Below are positions 24,463 to 32,549 of a stretch of 47,691 nt of DNA, piece after piece. Below the pieces are notes generated by a model. That model was not told the origin of the DNA and did no database searches. It saw only the letters and a list, made by a program, of their open reading frames with translations. Source of the DNA: an uncultured Coriobacteriia bacterium. GTDB taxonomy: Bacteria; Actinomycetota; Aquicultoria; CAYWVN01. Each line of letters opens with the position of its first letter. The stretch's first letter is position 1. The translations under genes were made by a program, and so were the position numbers. The stretch covers positions 1 through 47,691 of the forward strand of contig CAYWVN010000001.1 of NCBI GenBank assembly GCA_964461725.1. Reading direction: 5' to 3'.

Positions 24463-25016
24463 CGGTCCGGGATCGAGAAGTCGTGTGCGTGGTCCCGCTC
24501 GGCGACAGGCCTCCGGCGCGCGAGCTCATCAACGTGGCCGATGCGCTCGAGTCCGGGCTCGGCCTGACCGGCATGGTCGGCAAAGCGGTGGGCCTGCCCG
24601 ACTTCGCTCGTCACGCCCAACGCGGGCAGTACAACTCCTCCGCGGTGCTGCGCTCTCTCGCTTCGGAGATGCCGTCCGGCGCAACCCGGGTACTGGGTGT
24701 GACCCGGCTCGACCTCTATGTGCCGGGGATGAACTTCGTCTTCGGGGAGGCGGAAGTCGGCGGCGACTGCGCGGTCATATCGCTGTGCCGGCTCCGGGAG
24801 GAGCACTATGGGCGTCGTCCAGACAACGATCTCTTGGCTTCGCGCGCGGCCAAGGAGGGGATCCATGAGGTGGGACACATGCTGGAGCTCACGCACTGCC
24901 CGGACGGCGCCTGCGTGATGCGCTTCTCGAATACCTTGGCCGACACGGACCGCAAGGGCCGGGAGCTCTGCCCGGCCTGCCGCGAGAAGCTGGGCCTCGC
25001 CTTGGGGAAGGCCTAG
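24459..25016 (+). CDS. Archaemetzincin-like zinc metallopeptidase (family M54)
   Basis: HEVGHMLELTHC (HExxHxxxxxH-type zinc site) followed by CPDGACVM...CPAC. TTG start overlaps the upstream stop by 4 nt. Confidence 0.65.
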   Translation: MTVRDREVVCVVPLGDRPPARELINVADALESGLGLTGMVGKAVGLPDFARHAQRGQYNSSAVLRSLASEMPSGATRVLGVTRLDLYVPGMNFVFGEAEVGGDCAVISLCRLREEHYGRRPDNDLLASRAAKEGIHEVGHMLELTHCPDGACVMRFSNTLADTDRKGRELCPACREKLGLALGKA

Positions 25017-25068
25017 GTGCCCGTGCCCCCACAGGCGGCGCTTCGGGCACAGCGGCGCTTCGGGCGCT

Positions 25069-25096
25069 TTCCAACCCTAGGTGCCTGGTATATCAT
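25069..25096 (+). promoter_or_regulatory. Promoter TTCCAA-16 nt-TATCAT upstream of tatA
   Basis: Same -10 hexamer and same spacer length as the 1412-1439 promoter. It lies inside the 5' end of the track ORF 25081..25554. Confidence 0.4.
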
Positions 25097-25158
25097 ACGG
25101 TGGGTGTCGGCGCCTGGTCCGGCATCTTTCTGCATCTGCGAGAAGAGGTGAGCGGGAC

Positions 25159-25554
<396 letters not shown>

Positions 25555-25581
25555 CCGGCGACCTCCTAGGAGCATACGCAC

Positions 25582-26322
25582 GTGGCCGAACCGCGCATGG
25601 GTTTCCTGGACCACCTAGGCGAACTCAGATCGCGCCTCATCGTCGCCGTGGCGGCCTGGGGTGCGGCCGCGATCGTCGCGTTCTTCTTCGTCGAGCCCAT
25701 CTTCGTGTGGCTCAAGCGCCCGATCAACGACATCAAGAACATCCACCTCATCTACCAGACCGTGCTCGAACCGTTCATGACCAAGATCAAGATCGCGGCA
25801 TTCGCGGGCCTCGGGCTGGCGCTCCCAGTCATCAGCTACGAGTTCCTGGCTTTCGTCTCTCCGGCGCTTCGCAAGAAGGAGAAGAAGTACATCTACCCGA
25901 TTCTCTTCTTCTTGGTGCTCCTGTTCGTGGGCGGCGCGATGTTCTGCTACTTCCTGGTGCTGAAGAACAGCGCCGAATGGTTGGTCAACCAGTCTTTCGG
26001 CGGGATGCAGCCCTATCTGACAGTCAGCCAATACATCTCCTTCGTGGCTCTGTTCATGATCGCCTTCGGGGTGGGCTTCGAGACGCCGCTTGTCGTGCTC
26101 CTGCTGGTCATGCTGGGCGTGGTGAGTCCGAAGGCGCTCCGGCAGAACTGGCGGGTGGCGACTGTCGTCATCCTGCTGGTGGCGGCGGTGGCAACCCCTG
26201 ACTGGAGCCTGCCCCCGATGATCATCCTGTCCGTAGCCATGATGGTTCTCTACTGGATCAGCGTGCTGGTTTCTTATGCCCTGGTGCGGGGCCGCAAGAA
26301 GAACCTCCTCGAGGAGGACTAG
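25582..26322 (+). CDS. tatC: Sec-independent translocase TatC
   Basis: N-terminus GFLDHLGELRSRLI and a six-TM layout typical of TatC. RBS TAGGAGC lies 9 nt upstream of GTG 25582. Confidence 0.9.
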   Translation: MAEPRMGFLDHLGELRSRLIVAVAAWGAAAIVAFFFVEPIFVWLKRPINDIKNIHLIYQTVLEPFMTKIKIAAFAGLGLALPVISYEFLAFVSPALRKKEKKYIYPILFFLVLLFVGGAMFCYFLVLKNSAEWLVNQSFGGMQPYLTVSQYISFVALFMIAFGVGFETPLVVLLLVMLGVVSPKALRQNWRVATVVILLVAAVATPDWSLPPMIILSVAMMVLYWISVLVSYALVRGRKKNLLEED

Positions 26323-26352
26323 GCCGCGGCGGCGGTCCGAGGTGAGGCCGTG

Positions 26353-27501
26353 ATGGTAGCTTCGCGTCTCAGTAGGCGGGAGTTCCTGGTCTACTGTGGA
26401 GCCCTGGCCGCCTGGTTGGGGCTCTCCGAACTGTACGTTCCCCAGATCGCCCGGGCGATCGAGCAGCTCACCAGACGCAAGGTGCCGCTCGTCTGGCTGC
26501 AGGGCCAGGCGTGCGCCGGCTGCACGATCTCGACTCTGAACTCCGGCGAGCCGACGGCCGCTGAGATCATCCTGGACGTGGCCTCGCTGCGCTACCAGCC
26601 CAACCTGATGGCCGCGACGGGCGACCAGGCGATGGTCGCGATACAGGACACCATCAAGAAGGAGAAGGGCAGGTTCGTCGCCGTCATCGAAGGCTCCATC
26701 CCGACCGCGCACAACGGCGCCTTCTGCGTGGTGGGTCGCGCGGACAACCGGCCGATCCCCTTCACGGCGCTGGCCCGCCAGGCCGCGGACGCGGCGCTGG
26801 CCACCGTTGCCGCTGGGACCTGCGCCGCATACGGGGGTATTCCGGCCGCGAACAAGGGGGTCACGGGTGCGCGCGGGGCCGAGGCGTTCCTGAACCGGCC
26901 CGTGGTGAACGTCCCGGGCTGCCCGACCCACCCGGACTGGCTGGTCGGCACTCTGGTCAAACTGGTTCTCTTCGGCAAAGACGCGGTGATGGCGGACTTG
27001 GACGGCCTGGGCCGGCCCAAGGAGTTCTTTCGCACGCTGGTCCACGACAACTGCCCGCGGCGGCACTGGTTCGAGGCCGGGCTCTTCGTCGAGGACTGGA
27101 ACGATCCCGCACAGGCCGGCCGATGCCTGTTGCTCAAGGGCTGCAAGGGCCCATTCACCTTCGCCGACTGTCCCAAGCGGCGGTGGAACGATCACGTCAA
27201 CTTCTGCATCGACGCGAACGCCCCCTGCGCGGGGTGCACGCAGCCCGAGTTCTACGCGCGCTTCGCACCCCTCTACCAGCGGTCCTTGTCCGTGCGGGTG
27301 CCGGGACTGGCCGGCGCGGAGGTTTCGGCCGACCGGGTGGGGATGGCCCTCGGGGTGGCGACCGCGGTCGGCATCGGGGCGCATCTGGCGGGTCAGATCG
27401 CGACGGGGCGCCTGGGCCACGGGGGGCCGCGCGAGGGCGCCGGCCAGGATGAGGGTTCCGGCCGCGCCGATGGCCCAGGCCGCGCCGATGGGGAGGGCTA
27501 G
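26353..27501 (+). CDS. [NiFe(Se)] hydrogenase small subunit, Tat-exported, with a C-terminal membrane anchor
   Basis: Twin-arginine signal SRREFLVYCGALAAW. Fe-S cluster motifs WLQGQACAGCTIS, GTCAAYGGIP, KGCKGPFTFADCPKRRWN and NFCIDANAPCAGC. C-terminal hydrophobic helix MALGVATAVGIGAHLAGQI. Confidence 0.9.
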   Translation: MVASRLSRREFLVYCGALAAWLGLSELYVPQIARAIEQLTRRKVPLVWLQGQACAGCTISTLNSGEPTAAEIILDVASLRYQPNLMAATGDQAMVAIQDTIKKEKGRFVAVIEGSIPTAHNGAFCVVGRADNRPIPFTALARQAADAALATVAAGTCAAYGGIPAANKGVTGARGAEAFLNRPVVNVPGCPTHPDWLVGTLVKLVLFGKDAVMADLDGLGRPKEFFRTLVHDNCPRRHWFEAGLFVEDWNDPAQAGRCLLLKGCKGPFTFADCPKRRWNDHVNFCIDANAPCAGCTQPEFYARFAPLYQRSLSVRVPGLAGAEVSADRVGMALGVATAVGIGAHLAGQIATGRLGHGGPREGAGQDEGSGRADGPGRADGEG

Positions 27502-27504
27502 CCT

Positions 27505-29085
27505 ATGGGCGAGCGCATCTCCATCGGGCCGGTCACGAGGATAGAAGGCCACCTCAACGTGGAGGTGGAGGTCGAGAACGGCAAGGTCGTCGAAGCCTGG
27601 GTGGGCGCTACCATGGCCCGCGGCTTCGAGCAGCTCATCGTCGGCCGAGACCCGCGGGACGCCCAGATCGTCATGCAGCGCATCTGCGGCATCTGCCCGG
27701 CCTCGCACGGACTGGCGGCCGCGCAGGCCCTGGACGAGGCGTTCGGCGCCGAGGTTCCCGACAACGGCCGCCTCGTCCGCAATCTGACCGTGGCGGCCGA
27801 CTGGCTTCAGTCGCACATCCTGCACTTCTATCATCTGGGGCTACTCGACTTCATAGATATCACCGCGGTCGGCACGTACAAAGGCCGTGACCCGGCTCTC
27901 AGGGCCGTCAAGGACAAGCTCGTCGCGCTGTCCGATTCGTCCGATCCCTACCCCTTTAGCCCCGGCTACCCGCCGGATGAGACCTCGGTGGCCGATCCAG
28001 GGACGGTGCTCACACTGGTGGCGCACTACCTCAAGGCGCTCGAGGTCCGAAAGAAAGCGCACGTCATGGCCGCCATCTTCGGCGGCAAGATGCCCCACTA
28101 CTGCTCCGTGGTGCCGGGTGGTGTCACCATGCACCCGCAGCTCTCCGATGTGACGGCGTTCCGGTTCCATCTGGCGGAGATCACGGACTTCATCAATGAC
28201 GTCTACGTCAAGGATGTTCTGGCACTCTGCACGGGACCCCTCCTCGAGATGGGCAAGAACGGCCTTGGCGTAGCCGTGCCCAACTATCTCTCATTCGGCA
28301 TGTTCGACCTGGAGGAATCGGGCAATACGACGAAGCCGCGCCTGCTGCCTCCGGGGGTGATCATGGACAGCAACGTAGCCCAGGTGCAGGAGCTCGATCC
28401 GTCGAAGGTGCGGGAGTTCGTCAAGGACTCTTGGTACACGGCGGCCTGCGGGAACCGGCATCCCAAAGAGGGCAGGACGGAGTTCATGACCGGCAAGGCC
28501 GAGGCGTACAGTTTCTCCAAGGCGGCCCGCTACGACGGGCGCCCCGTGGAGGTCGGGCCCCTGGCGCGGATGCTGGTCGGCGCGGACAAGACACTCTCGA
28601 GCCTGCTTGGCCAGTACCAGATCAAGTACGGTGCGGTCGCCCGTCATCTGGCCCGGGCGCTTGAGTGCCGGAAGGTCGCCGAGGCCATGATGTCGTGGGT
28701 GGAGGAGCTGGCCGGCAACCTGAAGGCAGGGAACGCGGACGTCTGCGACGATACGGCGCCGCCGGTCGCCGGCGTAGGCCGCGGTCTCGTGGAGGCGCCG
28801 CGCGGCGCGCTCGGCCACTGGATCGAGATCGCCGATGGTGTTACCAAGAACTACCAGGTGGTGTCGCCGACCACGTGGAACGCGGGGCCGCGCGACGACC
28901 AGGCGTCGCGGGGACCGATGGAAGAGGCGCTGATGAACACTCCGGTTTCGGACACGGCGGCGCCGCTGAACGTCATGCGAGTCGTGCGCTCGTTCGACCC
29001 ATGACTGGCCTGCGCCGTCCACGTGATTGGACTAGGGCCGGAACGTGAGAGGCAGTGTGCCCCAAACGGGGTGGGGGTGCTCTGA
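27505..29085 (+). CDS. [NiFeSe] hydrogenase large subunit; selenocysteine encoded by TGA 29002-29004 (the track ORF stops there)
   Basis: N-terminal Ni-ligand motif RICGICPASH. The track ORF ends ...VVRSFDP-TGA. In-frame continuation reads LACAVH-VIGLGPERERQCAPNGVGVL-TGA (29083-29085). This restores DP-U-xxCxxH plus a cleavable tail. Confidence 0.85.
29014..29038 (+). promoter_or_regulatory. SECIS-like hairpin downstream of the hydrogenase UGA
   Basis: GCC-GUCCA [CGUGAU] UGGAC-uag-GGC. The stem starts 10 nt after the UGA, and the apical loop contains G and U. Folded by hand only. Confidence 0.4.
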
Positions 29086-29600
29086 TGGCTGAAGACACCG
29101 GAAAGCCCGGAAAGCACGGGAAGCCAGAACGGATCATCGTGATGGGTGTGGGGAACACGCTACTCACCGATGAGGCCGTCGGGGTCAAGGTAATCGAAGA
29201 GCTGCGCGCTTACGACCTGCCGGACAACGTCCAGCTGGTCGACGGCGGAACCGGCGGACTGGACCTCATCGGCTACATGAGCCAGGCGGACCGTATGATC
29301 GTGGTGGATGCCGTCGACGCCGGCAAGCCGCCCGGCTCCATCTTCCGTTTCACGCCCCAGGACGTGGAGGGGGCGCTCGAGAAGAAGCAGGCCGCCATGT
29401 CGCTGCACGACGTCGGGCTGATCGAATCCTTCGTGGTGGGTCGCCAGCTCGGCCACGAGCCGGACGTCGTCATCATCGGTATCCAGCCCAAGGACCTCAC
29501 CTGGGGCATGGAGCTTACCCCGGAGGTCGCCGCCAAGGTCCCGCGGCTGATCGAACTGGTCCTCGAGGAGCTGGGTCTTTCCGGTTCTTCCCCGGGCTGA
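29085..29600 (+). CDS. Hydrogenase maturation endopeptidase (HyaD/HybD/HynC family)
   Basis: IIVMGVGNTLLTDEAVGVKVIEEL...VDGGTGGLDL...MIVVDAV...SLHD motifs. ATG 29085 overlaps the true large-subunit stop (TGATG). Confidence 0.85.
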   Translation: MAEDTGKPGKHGKPERIIVMGVGNTLLTDEAVGVKVIEELRAYDLPDNVQLVDGGTGGLDLIGYMSQADRMIVVDAVDAGKPPGSIFRFTPQDVEGALEKKQAAMSLHDVGLIESFVVGRQLGHEPDVVIIGIQPKDLTWGMELTPEVAAKVPRLIELVLEELGLSGSSPG

Positions 29601-29629
29601 GTCCCGGCAAGTCCGAACCCTGACTCAGC
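29596..29629. terminator. Weak inverted repeat between convergent genes (possible bidirectional terminator)
   Basis: GCTGAGTC (29596-29603) and GACTCAGC (29622-29629), an 8-bp stem with an 18-nt loop. No clear U-tract. Confidence 0.2.
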
Positions 29630-30184
29630 CTAGCCTGCGCGGTCCATCACGTACTTCAGCGTGCGTACGTTGTCTCTGATCGCAGTCTCTCCGGACGCGG
29701 GCTTCACGATAGCCGTAAGGCTGTTGGTGCTTCCCTGGTTCGAAGACACGCCGGAGAACACCAAGCGTCGGTTCGCGCCCATCGCCAATGAGGGCACGTT
29801 CCTGGCAAGAGTCGCCACATTCCGGTTCAGACTCTCGTCGCGGACCGTGAGCGTGACGCGGACCGAGCGCAACGGACGCACGCCGGTGTTCTTCACCTCG
29901 AAGAAGACGGTGAGCTGAGGGCGATAGGCAAGCAGGTGTACGCCGGTGCTTGGGTACACCTCCAGCACCTTCGCGTCGGTCGTGAGGCTCTCGATGGACG
30001 CATTCGTCCTCGATCGCCCCCCGTCGGTTCCCGTGTGCCAAGTAGGCTGGAAAGCTGCAGCTAGATACACCCCCACGCTGCTCATCACCAGCACCAAGGC
30101 GGTCGACAAGACGAATGACTCTAGAGTGCTCGTGTGGGCCGCTGCGGTCTGACGCTGGGTGCCGCCGGCTTTCTCTTCCGGCAT
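29630..30184 (-). CDS. Hypothetical membrane-anchored beta-sandwich protein (LEA_2/CARDB-like guess)
   Basis: Minus-strand ORF with RBS AAAGGA 8 nt before the ATG (30184). TM helix FVLSTALVLVMSSVGVYLAAA, followed by beta-rich alternating patterns (LTVFFEVKNTGVRPLRSVRVTLTV). Confidence 0.55.
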   Translation of the reverse strand: MPEEKAGGTQRQTAAAHTSTLESFVLSTALVLVMSSVGVYLAAAFQPTWHTGTDGGRSRTNASIESLTTDAKVLEVYPSTGVHLLAYRPQLTVFFEVKNTGVRPLRSVRVTLTVRDESLNRNVATLARNVPSLAMGANRRLVFSGVSSNQGSTNSLTAIVKPASGETAIRDNVRTLKYVMDRAG

Positions 30185-30352
30185 CGAGCGGATCCTTTCG
30201 TGTCTGGGGGTTCAACACCAAGATACTCCAAGATGATAGGCCAGGTCAAAGCGCACGTCCCGCGCGAATCCAGCGGTCGGAAGCCCAGGCGTCCCCAATC
30301 CGGAAGGCACAAGAGGAAAAGTGAAAAGGGGTACAAAGATTCCGCCACTTTG

Positions 30353-30358
30353 TATAAT
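30353..30358 (+). promoter_or_regulatory. Consensus -10 box TATAAT, ~270 nt upstream of the small cytochrome genes
   Basis: TATAAT at 30353-30358 with a weak -35 (GGTACA, 17-nt spacer). Strand assignment is uncertain because the region is divergent. Confidence 0.3.
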
Positions 30359-30626
30359 ACGAACACTGACAGGTGTCTGGGGGCACCGTGTATGCCCCGG
30401 CTGGCGGTATTGCCGGGGACATGCGGCCAGAGCCACCATCACCGTGTGCGTGTAGACGGTAAGCGCGCACGACTGCGGTTCATTTGCCGGGGTGCGACCG
30501 GCTGGACGCACCCGCCACGGCTTTCAACGCGAGATGCCCCCTGATACACGTGCTACTACGGGTCGTAGCCTCTCTGCACATCTAATCGAGAGAACAGGCG
30601 TTGTGCCGGGGAAGGGGGTGTACGGT

Positions 30627-30776
30627 ATGAAGAAGGCAGTAGCTCTGATGCTGTCGGCGCTCATCTTGGCGGTAGCGGTCAGCACCAGCGTGGCCACTCC
30701 ACAGAAGGCCAAGCAGACCGGCAAGGACTGCAGCTCGTGTCACAAGGGCGGCAAGACGGGCCCGGACGGCAAGTAG
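30627..30776 (+). CDS. Very small secreted monohaem c-type cytochrome-like peptide (49-aa precursor, ~25-aa mature)
   Basis: MKKAVALMLSALILAVAVSTSVA/TPQKAKQTGKDCSSCHKGGKTGPDGK. It has a classical signal peptide, a single CSSCH, and RBS GGGGAAGGGGGTG 7 nt upstream. It is embedded in the track ORF 30492..30776. Confidence 0.55.
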   Translation: MKKAVALMLSALILAVAVSTSVATPQKAKQTGKDCSSCHKGGKTGPDGK

Positions 30777-30782
30777 CATCCG

Positions 30783-31201
30783 ATGGCATCACGCGCGCGG
30801 CCGGTTGTCCCCGATAGACGCACTGCGAAACAAGCGAACCGGCCGGGGGCAACGGAAGGAGGGAGAAGTACGAGAGGCAAGGCAATCGCTCTGGTCGTGG
30901 TCCTCGCGCTGGCGGTCGTCACGCTGGCGGCGGCTTCCGCTTCCGCGGGCACAAAGTCCTCCGTTTGCGACAACAACATCTATGTCAAGCACATGCAGAT
31001 GGGCGGTGGCGATGCGGCGCGCTGCCTCGCGTGCCATGCCAGCAAGAAGGACGCGATGCCCGGGGAACTAAGGGGCAAGTACGCCAATATGGGGGCCCCA
31101 ACCACGGGTGCACGGACTGCCACTACGAAGGCGGCAAGGCTGTACCGCTGCCGCTGCCGTGGGGCGCCAACTCGTGCTCCGATTGTCATCCCGGCAAGTA
31201 G
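30783..31201 (+). pseudogene. c7-like trihaem cytochrome gene split by a 1-nt frameshift in a G5C4 run (31091-31099)
   Basis: Frame of 30783: signal anchor KAIALVVVLALAVVTLAAASASA plus CLACH. The -1-shifted frame of 30965..31201 reads GPNHGCTDCHYEGGKAVPLPLPWGANSCSDCHPGK-stop. Adding one G or C at ATGGGGGCCCC joins them. Each frame loses all motifs beyond the junction. Confidence 0.65.
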
Positions 31202-31275
31202 CTAGGCAATGGCGCTTGTAGGTTTGTAACGCACCGGCCGGGCCTCAGGCGGTCCAGGCGGGGACACAGCTTCGA

Positions 31276-31309
31276 ACATAGAGACGGGCACATGTGTCCG
31301 TCTCTATGT
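31276..31309. terminator. 34-nt near-perfect palindrome/hairpin between the cytochrome genes and hypA
   Basis: ACATAGAGACGGGCAC-AT-GTGTCCGTCTCTATGT, about 15 bp of stem with one G.U. There is no strong U-tract (TCTTCC follows), so it could be a terminator or a protein-binding palindrome. Confidence 0.45.
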
Positions 31310-31437
31310 CTTCCTGGGGTCGTCCACTTCGTGCGTCGCATGACACGATTCATGCGGGTCAGCGTCGCCGTCTGCACGGTTGCTTTCTGAACCGCCCTTG
31401 GCTACAGTCTTTGTACATTTGACGAGAGCAGGAGGGC

Positions 31438-31890
31438 ATGCACGAATTCGGCATCACCCAGGAGATACTGAGGATCGCCCAGGAGCGGGCGGAAGCCGCT
31501 GGTGCGGAGAAGGTCACCAAGGTGAAGTTGACCGTCGGCGCCATGACCGGCGTGGTCGAGGACAGCCTGCGCTTCTACTGGGACCAGCTCGTGGCCGGCA
31601 CGGTCGTCGAGGGGGCGGAGCTGGAGGTAGACAACGTACCCATCACCTTGCGCTGTCCGAGCTGCAACGAGGAGAGCGAGGTCGAAGACGTCGCGCTGAT
31701 GTGCCCCAAGTGCTCGGCGTTCGGGCCCGAGGTGATTGCCGGCAAGGAGCTGCAGGTGAGCTCGCTGGAGGTCGAAGGCGGAGAAGAACTTGTGGCGGGC
31801 GGCGAATCTGAAGAGCAGGAAGACGAGGGCGGGGAAGCGAACGCCGGCGCGGAAGCCGCGGCGCAAAGCCCCGTTGAAGGAGGTCAGTAG
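31438..31890 (+). CDS. hypA: Hydrogenase nickel-insertion protein HypA with an acidic C-terminal extension
   Basis: MHEFGITQEIL start. Zinc site CPSCN...CPKC. An extra ~45-aa Glu/Gly/Ala-rich tail. Confidence 0.85.
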   Translation: MHEFGITQEILRIAQERAEAAGAEKVTKVKLTVGAMTGVVEDSLRFYWDQLVAGTVVEGAELEVDNVPITLRCPSCNEESEVEDVALMCPKCSAFGPEVIAGKELQVSSLEVEGGEELVAGGESEEQEDEGGEANAGAEAAAQSPVEGGQ

Positions 31891-31893
31891 AAC

Positions 31894-32541
31894 GTGGAAG
31901 TGAAAGTGCTCGAGAACGTACTGGCGGCCAACGACGCCATCGCGGCTGAGAACAGGGACAATCTCAAGAAGAACGGCGTATTCACGGTCAACTTGATGGC
32001 CTCACCCGGTGCCGGCAAGACCAGCTTCATCTTGCAGACGATCGACCGTCTCAGGGACGAAATGGCCATCGCCGTCATCGAGGGCGACATCACCTCCTCG
32101 GTGGATGCGGAGAAGGTGAGCGAGCAAGGGGTGGCGGCTGTCCAGATCAACACGGGCGGCTCGTGCCACTTGGATGCCAACATGACGCGCAACGGTCTGA
32201 ACGCCATCGACCTGACCGCGAGCGATCTGCTCATCATCGAGAATGTCGGCAATCTCGTCTGCCCGGCCGGGTTCGACCTGGGCGAGGACGCCAAGGTGAT
32301 GATCCTCTCGATACCGGAGGGCGACGACAAGCCCTTGAAGTACCCGCTGATGTTCAGCGAGTGCGAAGCACTCATCCTGAACAAGATCGACATGATGTCG
32401 ATGAGCGACTTCTCTATGGATAGGCTGCGCGAGGTCGTGAGCGGACTCAACCCCGACATGAAGGTCTTCCCGATGTCCTGCAAGTCGGGCGAGGGCGTGG
32501 AGGATTGGATCGCCTACCTCAAGGCCCGCATGGGGCGCTAG
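31894..32541 (+). CDS. hypB: Hydrogenase accessory GTPase HypB
   Basis: P-loop ASPGAGKTS, ENVGNLVCPA and NKID motifs. GTG start 3 nt after the hypA stop. Confidence 0.9.
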   Translation: MEVKVLENVLAANDAIAAENRDNLKKNGVFTVNLMASPGAGKTSFILQTIDRLRDEMAIAVIEGDITSSVDAEKVSEQGVAAVQINTGGSCHLDANMTRNGLNAIDLTASDLLIIENVGNLVCPAGFDLGEDAKVMILSIPEGDDKPLKYPLMFSECEALILNKIDMMSMSDFSMDRLREVVSGLNPDMKVFPMSCKSGEGVEDWIAYLKARMGR

Positions 32542-32549
32542 GAGGTCAC

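Noticed and set aside
25615-27834. 739-aa ORF on the minus strand
   Set aside because: It is antisense to tatC and both hydrogenase subunits, which have unmistakable family motifs on the plus strand. Its translation is Arg/Gly/Ala/Pro-rich low complexity, typical of spurious antisense ORFs in high-GC DNA.
29625-30221. 198-aa minus-strand ORF in an alternative frame to 29630..30184
   Set aside because: The 184-aa frame has an RBS, a TM helix and a beta-rich domain. The 198-aa frame is Arg/Gly/Pro/His-rich with no features.
30134-30544. ORFs in the divergent intergenic region between the minus-strand gene and the mini-cytochrome
   Set aside because: No RBS or motifs, mixed composition, and mutually overlapping frames on both strands. 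The region is treated as non-coding and may hold promoters or a structured leader.
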